A stretch of DNA of 64,000 nucleotides from Eubacterium sp. (GTDB lineage: Bacteria > Bacillota > Clostridia > Lachnospirales > Lachnospiraceae), in assembly GCA_022794015.1 (NCBI GenBank), contig JAAWDZ010000025.1:1249-65248 (forward strand), in the 5' to 3' direction. Position numbers and translations under genes: made by a program. Below the pieces are notes generated by a model. That model saw only the letters and a list, made by a program, of their open reading frames with translations, searched no databases and was not told the DNA's origin. Below are positions 1 to 9,301 of the stretch, piece by piece. Position 1 is the stretch's first letter. Every line of letters begins with the position of its first letter.

Positions 1-2
1 CC

Positions 3-191
3 CAAGCGGAGATGGCTTCTTTGATCGGCGTAAGCGCTATAACCATAAACAAGATATTTAAACAGCTTAGAGATGATAATTTGTTGCTTCCGATTGAGGG
101 GAAAAGAGGAAAGTATGAGCTTACGGAAAAGGCAATTATCATAATAAAAGATATGGAAAAACTTGAAAATAAGATAGGAGAGATAGAATAA
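3..191 (+). CDS. 3' end of a winged helix-turn-helix protein (partial, truncated by the window start)
   Basis: Frame 3 is open from the window start: QAEMASLIGVSAITINKIFKQLRDDNLLLPIEGKRGKYELTEKA...EIE*. This fits an HTH plus wing pattern. The TAA at 189-191 abuts the hsdR GTG at 192. Confidence 0.7.
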   Translation, partial: QAEMASLIGVSAITINKIFKQLRDDNLLLPIEGKRGKYELTEKAIIIIKDMEKLENKIGEIE

Positions 192-2966
192 GTGGGTTAT
201 CAATCAGAAGCACAGCTTGAAGAGCAGCTTATTAAAAAGCTCGTCACTTTGGGTTATGAGTTTGTAAAAATAAAAGACTATGATGAACTGGTGGAAAACT
301 TCCGAGAAGAGTTAAATCTTTTCAATAAAGATGCTCTTGAAAATAGAGATATGTCAGACGCTGAGTTTAATCGTGTCATGGTAGAACTTACAGGAAAGAC
401 AGTCTACCAGTGCGCCAAAATTCTTAGAGATAAGATTGTTTTGGACAGGGATGACGGGAGCAGAATCTATCTGGAATTTATGAGCAAATATCCAGAGAAT
501 AACCATTATCAGGCTACCAACCAAGTAACTGATGTCGGCAGTTATAAAAATAGATATGATGTAACAATTCTTTGTAATGGACTGCCGGTTGTACAGGTTG
601 AGCTTAAAAGGGCAGGGATTGACATAAAAGAAGCAATCAATCAGATCGACAGGTACAGGATTCACAGTTATAAAGGGTTATTTCATTTCGTTCAGATATT
701 TGTTGTATCCAATGCGGTGGAAACAAGATACTTTGCAAATACAGATTCATTAAAGATATTAAAATCACTCACGTTTTATTGGACGAATGAAATCAATGAG
801 AGGACAAACAATCTCAATGACTTTTCAGCGGTGTTTTTCAACCAGTCCAGATTATCAAAGATGCTTAATAAATACATGGTCTTAAGTGACATAGAGCAGA
901 TACTTATGGTTATGCGCCCATATCAGATATATGCAACAGAAACACTGGTAAGAAAAGCACTTGATACTAATGCAGGCGGATTTATCTTCCATACGACAGG
1001 ATCAGGAAAGACTTTGACCTCATGGAAGTGCGCCCAATTATTATCACAGGAAGATAGAATCAAAAAGATATTCTTTCTTGTAGATAGAAACGATTTGGAC
1101 ACGAAAACGATTGATGATTTTAATTCTTATGAAGCCGATTGCGTGGATATGACGGAGCACACCTATAAGCTGGTAGAACAGGTGCAAGACAGGAATAAGA
1201 AGCTCATAATTACCACTATTCAGAAGATGACCAATGCCATTAAGAAACCTAAATATCAGGCGATTATGGAGCAGTACAGCGATGAAAAGGTAATCTTTAT
1301 CTTTGACGAGTGCCATAGGAGTCAGTTCGGGAAGATGCACAGCAAGATAAAGAAGTTTTTTAAGAGAGGGCAGTATTTCGGCTTTACAGGTACACCACGC
1401 TTTAAGGAGAACCAGTCTCAGGACAGCAGAACAACAGCGGATGTTTTTGGAGACTGTTTGCACCAGTATCTGATTAAAGAAGCTATCTTTGATAAGAATG
1501 TATTGGGATTCAATGTTGAGTATATAAGCACCTATAAGGGGCAGTATGACGAAACAGACGAGACAATGGTGGAGGATATAGACAGGAAAGAAGTTTTGGA
1601 ATCAGATGATAGAGTGGCTTTGGTCGCGAATCATATCATAAGCCATCACACAGGAAAGACAAGGATAAAGGGCAATAAGTATACAGCTATTTTTGCTGTT
1701 TCCAGTATTTCTATGCTTGTCAGATATTACAACGAATTTAAGAAGATAAAGCATAATTTCAAGATTGCTGCAGTCTTTTCCTATGGAGCAAATGATGAGC
1801 TTGACGGGGCAGACAAGCACAGCAAAGACCACCTTGCAAGTATCATGGATGACTATAATAAAATGTTTGATACAAATTTCTCAACGGATACATATGATGG
1901 ATATAACAGGGATATTTCAAAGCGAATGCAAATAAAGAAAATTCCTGAGATTGATATTCTAATAGTGGTCAATATGTATTTGACAGGATTTGACGCCAGA
2001 CCGTTAAATACTTTATATGTAGATAAGAATTTAGAGTGGCATACTCTTTTACAAGCCTTTTCCAGAACGAACAGAGTGGAAAAGGAAACGAAACAGTTTG
2101 GGAATATTGTATGTTACAGGAATTTGAAGAAAAAGACAGATGATGCCCTGCGCCTGTTCTCTGGCGGCGGTGATATTTCAGAGATATTACTCAAAAACTA
2201 TGACTATTATTTGGACAAGGCAAAACAGCTAATTGCAGAGATTTACAAGGTGGTATCACGTCCAGAAGATATTGATAACATCCAGTCGGAAGAAGAACAG
2301 GCTAAGTTTGTTATTGCTTTTAGAGAATTATCTAAAATGCTTTTGGTTCTTGAAACCTTTGTAGATTTTACATGGGATGACTTGGATCAAGTTATGACAC
2401 AGCAGGAATATGAGAACTTCAAGAGCAGGTATTTTACAATACATGACAATCTGAACAATAACAGAGATGCCGAAAAGGTATCTATTCTGGATGATATTGA
2501 TTTTAGTATTGAGATTATCCAAACAGACAAAATCAATGTGACATACATAATGAATCTTCTTAAAAATATGGAGAGGAAAGACAAAAAGCAGCGTGAAAAG
2601 GATATTCAGCGTATTTATGATGAATTGGACAGAACAGATAATCCAGAACTTAAAAAGAAAGTGGAGCTTATCAAACGCTTTATCGGTAATGTTCTGGTAG
2701 GACTTCCTGACGATGCATCAGTTGAAGAAGCCTATGTTGATTTTGAGGATAAAGTGAGAAATGAGGAAATAGAAGCCTTTGCTAAGGAAAAGGATATTGA
2801 TGCTGATAAGATAAAGCAGATTATATCCGAATATGAGTTTTCTCATACACTTACAAAAGATATGATTAAAGAGCAAATTCCTGTGGCGTTGCCATTTAGG
2901 GAACGCAGAGCATTGATACAGGAGATTATAGACTTTATTACACAGAACTGTGATAAGTATCAGTAG
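192..2966 (+). CDS. hsdR: Type I restriction enzyme R subunit
   Basis: 924 aa. Nuclease motif RYDVTILCNGLPVVQVELK, Walker A HTTGSGKT, DECHR, FTGTP, and YLTGFD/QAFSRTNR helicase motifs. Confidence 0.97.
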   Translation: MGYQSEAQLEEQLIKKLVTLGYEFVKIKDYDELVENFREELNLFNKDALENRDMSDAEFNRVMVELTGKTVYQCAKILRDKIVLDRDDGSRIYLEFMSKYPENNHYQATNQVTDVGSYKNRYDVTILCNGLPVVQVELKRAGIDIKEAINQIDRYRIHSYKGLFHFVQIFVVSNAVETRYFANTDSLKILKSLTFYWTNEINERTNNLNDFSAVFFNQSRLSKMLNKYMVLSDIEQILMVMRPYQIYATETLVRKALDTNAGGFIFHTTGSGKTLTSWKCAQLLSQEDRIKKIFFLVDRNDLDTKTIDDFNSYEADCVDMTEHTYKLVEQVQDRNKKLIITTIQKMTNAIKKPKYQAIMEQYSDEKVIFIFDECHRSQFGKMHSKIKKFFKRGQYFGFTGTPRFKENQSQDSRTTADVFGDCLHQYLIKEAIFDKNVLGFNVEYISTYKGQYDETDETMVEDIDRKEVLESDDRVALVANHIISHHTGKTRIKGNKYTAIFAVSSISMLVRYYNEFKKIKHNFKIAAVFSYGANDELDGADKHSKDHLASIMDDYNKMFDTNFSTDTYDGYNRDISKRMQIKKIPEIDILIVVNMYLTGFDARPLNTLYVDKNLEWHTLLQAFSRTNRVEKETKQFGNIVCYRNLKKKTDDALRLFSGGGDISEILLKNYDYYLDKAKQLIAEIYKVVSRPEDIDNIQSEEEQAKFVIAFRELSKMLLVLETFVDFTWDDLDQVMTQQEYENFKSRYFTIHDNLNNNRDAEKVSILDDIDFSIEIIQTDKINVTYIMNLLKNMERKDKKQREKDIQRIYDELDRTDNPELKKKVELIKRFIGNVLVGLPDDASVEEAYVDFEDKVRNEEIEAFAKEKDIDADKIKQIISEYEFSHTLTKDMIKEQIPVALPFRERRALIQEIIDFITQNCDKYQ

Positions 2967-2981
2967 AACAGGAGAATTGAA

Positions 2982-4535
2982 ATGTCAGATATTAATGAAC
3001 AGAAGAAATTAGCCAGTGAGCTGGCGGCAAAACTATGGGCAATGGCGAATGATCTAAGAGGAACAATGGAAGCGTATGAGTTTAAAAACTATATACTTGG
3101 GCTTATTTTCTATAAGCATTTATCAGATAAAACAGAAGCATTTCTTATAGAAGCCTTTGAACATGATGAAATAACATATGAAGAAGCATGGGAAGATGAG
3201 GAATTAAGAGAAGAGCTTGCAGATGATATGTTAGAGAGTCTTGGATTTGTGATGGAGCCAAAGTATTTATTTCCAAATGTAATCAAGATGGTCAACAGTG
3301 ATACATTTACGATTGACTATATGGAAAAGATTATTGCATCCATTACAGATTCCACTATCGGCAGAGACTCGGAGGAAGATTTTAAAGGATTGTTCGAGGA
3401 TATGGACTTGAAATCTTCTAAGCTCGGCAGAGAATTGAAACAACGAGGAAAGCTAATTGGAAAGATTTTAAAACAAATAGATAGTATCAGTTTTGAAATG
3501 GGCGGCACTGATGTCGATATTTTGGGAACTGCTTATATTACGCTTATCGGTAACTTTGCTTCAACAGCAGGCAAAAAGGGTGGGGAGTTCTATACCCCTA
3601 CGAATATGAGTAAGCTCGTTGCCAGACTTGCCACAGTAGGACTTACGGATGTCCTATCCGCTTTTGACTGTGCCTGTGGCTCTGGATCGCTTCTACTACA
3701 GGTAGGACAGTTTGCAAAGGTGCGTAAGTATTTTGGACAGGAAAAGGTCAGCAGTACATATAATCTTGCCAGAATGAATATGATCTTGCATGATATTCCA
3801 TATCAAAATTTTAATATTATAAATGTTGATACATTGGAGAATGATAGAGAGTTTGAAGATGAGAAGTTTACTGTACAAGTAGCCAATCCACCATATTCAA
3901 CAAAATGGAGTGCTGATCCTAAGTTAATGGAAGATGAAAGATATTCTCCATATGGGAAACTTGCGCCATCTTCTAAGGCAGACTTTGCTTTTGTACAGCA
4001 TATGATTTATCACATGGATGAGGGAGATAGCAGGATAGTTGTACTTCTTCCGCATGGCGTACTATTTCGCGGATCAGCCGAACAAGCAATAAGAAAATAT
4101 ATTATTAAGGACTTGAATTACTTAGATGCAGTTATAGGACTTCCTGCAAATTGTTTTCAGGGAACAGGTATTCCTGTGTGTTGTTTAGTGTTTAAAATGG
4201 AGCGTAACGGAAATGCGGATAATGTTTTCTTTATTGATGCCAGTAAAGAATTTGTGCCTGGGAAAGCTATGAACTATATCACGGATGAGCATATTGATAA
4301 AATTGTTAATGCCTATACCCAGAGAGAAGATATAGATAAATATTGCCATAAGGCATATCTGGAAGAGATTAAAAAAAATGACTATAATCTCAATATTCCT
4401 CGTTATGTAGATACATTTGAGGAAGAAGAACCTGTTAATATAGTCGCCAATAAGAAAAGACTTGCCGAGTTAGAAGCTAAAGAAAAAGCGGCGCTGGATA
4501 AAGTTAATAAGTTTTTTACAGAGCTTGGATTATAA
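2982..4535 (+). CDS. hsdM: Type I R-M N6-adenine methyltransferase M subunit
   Basis: LWAMANDLRG N-terminus, GEFYTP, SAM motif FDCACGSGSLL, catalytic VANPPY, YNLNIPRYV. Confidence 0.97.
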   Translation: MSDINEQKKLASELAAKLWAMANDLRGTMEAYEFKNYILGLIFYKHLSDKTEAFLIEAFEHDEITYEEAWEDEELREELADDMLESLGFVMEPKYLFPNVIKMVNSDTFTIDYMEKIIASITDSTIGRDSEEDFKGLFEDMDLKSSKLGRELKQRGKLIGKILKQIDSISFEMGGTDVDILGTAYITLIGNFASTAGKKGGEFYTPTNMSKLVARLATVGLTDVLSAFDCACGSGSLLLQVGQFAKVRKYFGQEKVSSTYNLARMNMILHDIPYQNFNIINVDTLENDREFEDEKFTVQVANPPYSTKWSADPKLMEDERYSPYGKLAPSSKADFAFVQHMIYHMDEGDSRIVVLLPHGVLFRGSAEQAIRKYIIKDLNYLDAVIGLPANCFQGTGIPVCCLVFKMERNGNADNVFFIDASKEFVPGKAMNYITDEHIDKIVNAYTQREDIDKYCHKAYLEEIKKNDYNLNIPRYVDTFEEEEPVNIVANKKRLAELEAKEKAALDKVNKFFTELGL

Positions 4536-4549
4536 GGAGGTCTGAAATT

Positions 4550-5737
4550 ATGGCAAAACCTAAATTGAGATTTCCGGAGTTTACGGGTGAGTGGGAAAAA
4601 ACGATTTTAGAGAAGAAAGTACATATATATGATGGAACCCATCAAACCCCAAAGTATGTTTCTAAAGGCGTAAAATTTGTTAGTGTGGAAAATATACACG
4701 ATATTTATAACACTGATAAGTTTATTTCAGAGGAAGCATATGATAAGTATAAAATAAAGCCACAGAAAGATGATATATTAATGACAAGAATTGCGGGAAT
4801 TATTGGAGATACAGCTATGGTTTCGAAAAATGAACCTTTAGCATATTATGTTAGTTTGGCTCTTATAAGAAAAAAAGAAAATATAAATACAGTTTTTTTG
4901 GCATATAATATAAACTCTAACGGATTTAAGCATGAGTTACACAGAAGAATTATTCATGTCGCTTTTCCTAAAAAAATAAATTTGGGAGATATAGGTAAAT
5001 GTGAAATCACTTTTCCAAAAGAAAAAGAGCAACAAAAAATAGCAGATTTTTTATCTTCCATAGACGATATTATCAAAGTACAGGAAGAAGAAATTTCTGT
5101 ATTTGAAGAACAGAAAAAGGGCATAATGCAGAAACTGTTTAATCGTGAAGTAAGATTTAAAGCGGATGATGAAAGTGAGTATCCTGAGTGGAAAGAAAAG
5201 AAACTATTTAATATCGGAGCAATTATTACGGGAACGACACCATCTACAAAAAATGAAAAGTATTATTCTGATAAATATTTATGGGTTACACCTGCTGATA
5301 TAGAGGGAAAAGAAATTTCAAATTCACAAAAAAAATTATCTGAAGATGGTTTAAAGAAAGGTAGAATCATACCAGCTAATAGCGTTCTTGTTACATGCAT
5401 AGCGAGCATTGGGAAAAATGCCATATTGCGAGAAATGGGAAGTTGCAACCAACAGATAAATGCGATTACACCTAACAATGAGTATAATGTGGATTTTCTT
5501 TATTATCTTCTTTGCTTCAATGAAAATATGTTGCATGCAAATGCAGGACGTGGTGGAATGGAAATACTTAATAAAGATCAATTTTCCAAATTAAGTATGC
5601 TTTTTCCTTGTATAGAAGAGCAGAAAAAAATAGCTGATTGTTTAACTGCATATGATGAAGTTACCCAAATAAAGAAAGGTAAGCTGGAGACTTGGAAAGA
5701 AATCAAAAAGGGATTGTTACAGCAGATGTTTGTATAA
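4550..5737 (+). CDS. hsdS: Type I R-M specificity subunit (two TRDs)
   Basis: PKLRFPEF-GEW start. Two variable TRDs, each followed by a conserved helix (EQQKIADFL, EQKKIADCL...KKGLLQQMF). Confidence 0.95.
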   Translation: MAKPKLRFPEFTGEWEKTILEKKVHIYDGTHQTPKYVSKGVKFVSVENIHDIYNTDKFISEEAYDKYKIKPQKDDILMTRIAGIIGDTAMVSKNEPLAYYVSLALIRKKENINTVFLAYNINSNGFKHELHRRIIHVAFPKKINLGDIGKCEITFPKEKEQQKIADFLSSIDDIIKVQEEEISVFEEQKKGIMQKLFNREVRFKADDESEYPEWKEKKLFNIGAIITGTTPSTKNEKYYSDKYLWVTPADIEGKEISNSQKKLSEDGLKKGRIIPANSVLVTCIASIGKNAILREMGSCNQQINAITPNNEYNVDFLYYLLCFNENMLHANAGRGGMEILNKDQFSKLSMLFPCIEEQKKIADCLTAYDEVTQIKKGKLETWKEIKKGLLQQMFV

Positions 5738-5849
5738 AATATTTTGTAGAGAAGAGAAAAAACGATTGAACTGGCTGGATATGTTATAGATAAGCTGAAA
5801 GTTAAGAGAAATAACAGTTTACCTGTGGGAGTGTAAAAAATAGAACAGC

Positions 5850-6190
5850 CGTCCTGTATCAAACACACCATAGTGGATGTGATTGTGACAGGTACTGCAT
5901 AGTGAAACAATGCTTACTTCTACGTCGAGTGACACCTCAAATTTATCGGAGTATGCCATTGGGATTAAATGATGTTGCTCTGTATAATTTTGGCTTGTTT
6001 CCATTATATACAAATCTACCCTTAATTTCTGTTTCATTTTTGGCTTTTTATCTTTGTTTTCAAATACCCGTAAATTTATATTGAATGTTACATTATTATA
6101 ATCTTCTATCATTAGTGTATCTTCAATATCGTTAAGAATGATTTCCTTTACTTGTTTTTTTACGAACTTTTTTCTATCTCCTGTAATTAT
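5850..6190 (-). pseudogene. HNH endonuclease remnant (McrA-like C-terminal part)
   Basis: Minus-strand peptide YTEQHHLIPMAYSDKFEVSLDVEVSIVSLCSTCHNHIHYG shows the HH...CxxCH HNH pattern. There is no credible start and the C-terminus is lost; boundaries are approximate. Confidence 0.65.
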
Positions 6191-6229
6191 TCGCTTCATA
6201 AAAAGAATACTTATCATCCATTTTATATG

Positions 6230-6520
6230 GTACATCCACTGGCAAAAGAGGAAATATCCATACGCAATTAGGCGGGGGATGCCTGTGGTCTGTATCTGTT
6301 TGCCACCCTGCATTATGCGAAATCAATCCGGCTGCCATCCTGAAGTATTTTGAAATGGAATCCGCTGCGGATAATGCTTTCGTCAATACGGTACTGGTGG
6401 ATATGACCGAATACGCAAGACAGCACAGCGACAAGGCAGTAAAAAAGACTTTAAGCATTCCCAGGTGGCTGAATACTCTTTGTGAAAAAAAGCATCCACT
6501 TTTCAAAAGTATTGCAGGAT
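6230..6520 (+). pseudogene. HicB-family antitoxin remnant
   Basis: Broken frames give GDACGLYLFATL (~6275) and FVNTVLVDMTEYARQHSDKAVKKTLSIPRWLN, both typical of Firmicute HicB. No hicA was seen. Confidence 0.7.
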
Positions 6521-6724
6521 GCCCTGTTGACAAAAGTGCAATCACTATGACTGGCAGCAGTCATAAGGGGCTTTATATATAAAAATGTGGTATTTATTGT
6601 GGAAAAATATCTTCCAGGATGTCCGCGAGCCGCATAAATAAAGGCTTTACACCCAAGGCTGTCACCATATAAGGAGATAATTTGAAAACATCAACAAAAA
6701 TAACCCGTGGGCGATAGCAAAGCC

Positions 6725-6770
6725 AAAAACCAGCGCAAAAGGCGGAAATGCTTTTTACGCTGGCTTTCTT
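6725..6770. terminator. Terminator-like hairpin
   Basis: AAAAACCAGCGCAAAAGG-loop-CTTTTTACGCTGGCTTT inverted repeat with A/T tails. Confidence 0.5.
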
Positions 6771-6839
6771 ATATAGAAATAAAATCTTACATTTGCAAAA
6801 TTGAAAATCCCTTGTTACGATATAAAATATAAAGCAAAA

Positions 6840-6870
6840 TGCAACTTTTAGACCCAAAATCGGTGTATAT
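6840..6870 (+). promoter_or_regulatory. Possible ECF-type (autoregulatory) promoter
   Basis: TGCAAC-N18-TGTATA upstream of the ECF sigma gene. It resembles the TG(A/C)AAC...CGT consensus, but the spacer is slightly long. Confidence 0.35.
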
Positions 6871-6912
6871 AGGTGAAAGCAGCTTTCGATAGAATCTAAG
6901 AAAGGAGAAGTC

Positions 6913-7472
6913 ATGAAGGATGAAGAAATCGTAAAATTGTATTTTTCACGGTCAGAGGATGCCATTTCCGAGACAGCATTGAAATACGGGAACTATTGCA
7001 GCTACATATCCCAAAACATTCTCCGTAGTAAGGAAGATGCTGAAGAATGTGTAAATGATGCTTATTTTGCTGCATGGAAAACAATTCCGCCTAAAAACCG
7101 CAAAATCTAAAAACTTTTTTAGGAAAGCTGACACGGAATATTTCCATAAAAAAGCAAGAAAAGTATCAAGCTGCAAAAAGAGGCGGCGGATATATGGATA
7201 TCGTCTTGTCTGAACTGGAGGAATGCATAGCTTCCCATAGCAGTATGGAAGACAGTATAGATTATGCTGCTTTGATTGAAAGTATTAACTCGTTTCTGTC
7301 ATCTCTGCCATCTCTTAACCGGATTATTTTTGTTCGCAGATATTGGTATGTAAGTTCCATATCTGAAATTGCAGAACAGTACAATATAAGTGAAAGTAAG
7401 GTAAAATCCATACTCTTTCGTTTAAGAAAGCGTCTGAAGAAACATTTAGGAATGGAGGGGTTTTTTTTATGA
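6913..7472 (+). pseudogene. ECF sigma-70 factor split by a 1-nt deletion
   Basis: Region 2 (ILRSKEDAEECVNDAYFAAWKTIPP) is in 6913..7110 and region 4 (IFVRRYWY...SESKVKSILFRLRKRLK) in 7194..7472. Adding one A to the A5 run at 7093-7097 gives the continuous PPKKPQNLKTFLGKLTRN...KRGGGYMD. Confidence 0.85.
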
Positions 7473-8284
7473 ATTCTCGAAAACTGTTTAATAGCATAGG
7501 AGGAATTGAAGATAGATTTATTGACGAAGCCTCCCCGAAGGAGAAAATGCAACCAACCAAACGGCACTTTTCAATAATAAGAGCTGCGGTTGCTGCGGCG
7601 ATTATACTGGTTATTTCTGTACCTGTCACGGCGTTTGCTATTGAGGCATTCCAGTATAATGCAGCAGTAACATTCTTAACTTCGCTTGGAATTGAAGCCG
7701 AAGATTTAAGCGATTATTCCCGCAGAGAAGTTATAGACACTGCTAAAACATATGACGCAGGCGAAAGTAATGCTAAACTTGGCGTGACAGGAGACAAACT
7801 TTTAGAAGCAGAGAAAACTGTAACTGTTTTACAAGCAGACTATCCGAAATATAATACAGCCGAAGAATTAGTGGAATATTCGAATTTAGTTTTTACTGGC
7901 ACAGTCAAAAATATTGAATACCAAATGATTGATGTAAGTACAGACAAAGAACCAGATGAAGATACCGGATTCGTAGATGATGAGGAGATGCCGTATACGC
8001 TTTATACTATTGATGTGGACAAAGTATACAAAGGAAGTATTGAGTCGTCCACAATCATAGTCAGGCGTGTTGGCGGAATTTTTGGCAGTGATGAATATAT
8101 TGTGGAGAATGCATCTGAAATTGCAAAGGGAAAAAAATATTTATTTGTTGCTAAAACGTATGAAGATACCTATCCAAGTTTATTGAATGCAGATCAGAGT
8201 TCTTATGATATGGATGCTCCTCAAACTGTAATAGACGCGGAAGAAAAAGAAATTATGTTATCTGATATTCTCAAATTGTTCTAA
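7469..8284 (+). CDS. Putative membrane-anchored anti-sigma factor
   Basis: ATGA overlap with the sigma gene; N-terminal LFNSIGGIEDRFIDEA motif, one TM helix and an extracellular domain. Confidence 0.7.
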   Translation: MNSRKLFNSIGGIEDRFIDEASPKEKMQPTKRHFSIIRAAVAAAIILVISVPVTAFAIEAFQYNAAVTFLTSLGIEAEDLSDYSRREVIDTAKTYDAGESNAKLGVTGDKLLEAEKTVTVLQADYPKYNTAEELVEYSNLVFTGTVKNIEYQMIDVSTDKEPDEDTGFVDDEEMPYTLYTIDVDKVYKGSIESSTIIVRRVGGIFGSDEYIVENASEIAKGKKYLFVAKTYEDTYPSLLNADQSSYDMDAPQTVIDAEEKEIMLSDILKLF

Positions 8285-8389
8285 AATTATGCGTTTGCTC
8301 TGTATAATTCATACTTCCTTAATGACATTTTTCGGAAAGTATGGTAAACTGTGAAAAAATATATATTAACACAGACGAGGAGGGCGGAT

Positions 8390-9268
8390 ATGTCTTTATT
8401 AGAAGCAATACTCATGGGGGTTATACAGGGCGTTACAGAGTTTCTGCCAGTCAGCAGTTCCGGGCATCTTGCAATATTCAAAATATTGTTTGATATAGAA
8501 ACAGACACCGGTATGCTGTTTGACGTGCTCTTGCATCTGGGAACTCTGATTGCAATTTTCATTGCATTTTACCGGGATATTTTCCGTATGGTTGAGGAGG
8601 CCTTTGCTATGCTGGGGGATCTCTTTTGCGATATACGGATTTTTTTGGGAAATGTTTTTTTAAGAAGGGATGAACCGTATTACAGGTTGGTGAATAACAG
8701 TTACCGGAAGTTTGTTATGCTGGTAATTGTATCGACGATACCGACCGGGATTATTGGCTATAAGGCAGCTGATGTTGTGGAAGCGGCATCTGAGGTTTTG
8801 CTTGTTCCAGGTATTTGCCTGATAGTGACGTCAGTATTGCTGTTTTTATCTGACCGGATGGCAGATGGCATTAAGACGCCTAAAAATGTGACTTATTCCA
8901 ATGCTTTTTTTATTGGGATTTGCCAGGGCTATGCGACACTGCCGGGACTGTCGCGTTCCGGCACGACGATTACGGCATGTCTGTTGAGCGGTTTTAACCG
9001 TAAGTTTGCAGTAAAATATTCGTTTATTATGTCCATACCTGCTATTTTGGGTGCGGTTGTATTAAAGCTTACCGATTTTGGGGAGCTCAAAGTTACGGCA
9101 GCTGACGCAGGCTGTTATGCGGCGGGTATTTTGTGTGCGGCTGTTGTGGGATATGTCTGCATCAGAACAATGTTAGTTATAGTGCGCAAAAGGAAGTTTA
9201 CTTTTTTTGCGGCGTACTGCCTGCTTGTAGGGCTTGTTTCTATTGGCGGTTATTTTTTTGCAGTTTAA
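8390..9268 (+). CDS. uppP: Undecaprenyl-diphosphate phosphatase
   Basis: QGVTEFLPVSSSGHL and PGLSRSGTT motifs; ATG after a GAGGAGG RBS. Confidence 0.93.
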   Translation: MSLLEAILMGVIQGVTEFLPVSSSGHLAIFKILFDIETDTGMLFDVLLHLGTLIAIFIAFYRDIFRMVEEAFAMLGDLFCDIRIFLGNVFLRRDEPYYRLVNNSYRKFVMLVIVSTIPTGIIGYKAADVVEAASEVLLVPGICLIVTSVLLFLSDRMADGIKTPKNVTYSNAFFIGICQGYATLPGLSRSGTTITACLLSGFNRKFAVKYSFIMSIPAILGAVVLKLTDFGELKVTAADAGCYAAGILCAAVVGYVCIRTMLVIVRKRKFTFFAAYCLLVGLVSIGGYFFAV

Positions 9269-9301
9269 ATAGTTTATAGAACAAAAAGTTTGGAGGAATT
9301 T

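Noticed and set aside
4550-6600. Phase-variable hsdS shufflon
   Set aside because: Only one hsdS is visible, with no silent TRD cassettes, flanking inverted repeats or recombinase in the window; sequence upstream of the window is unseen.
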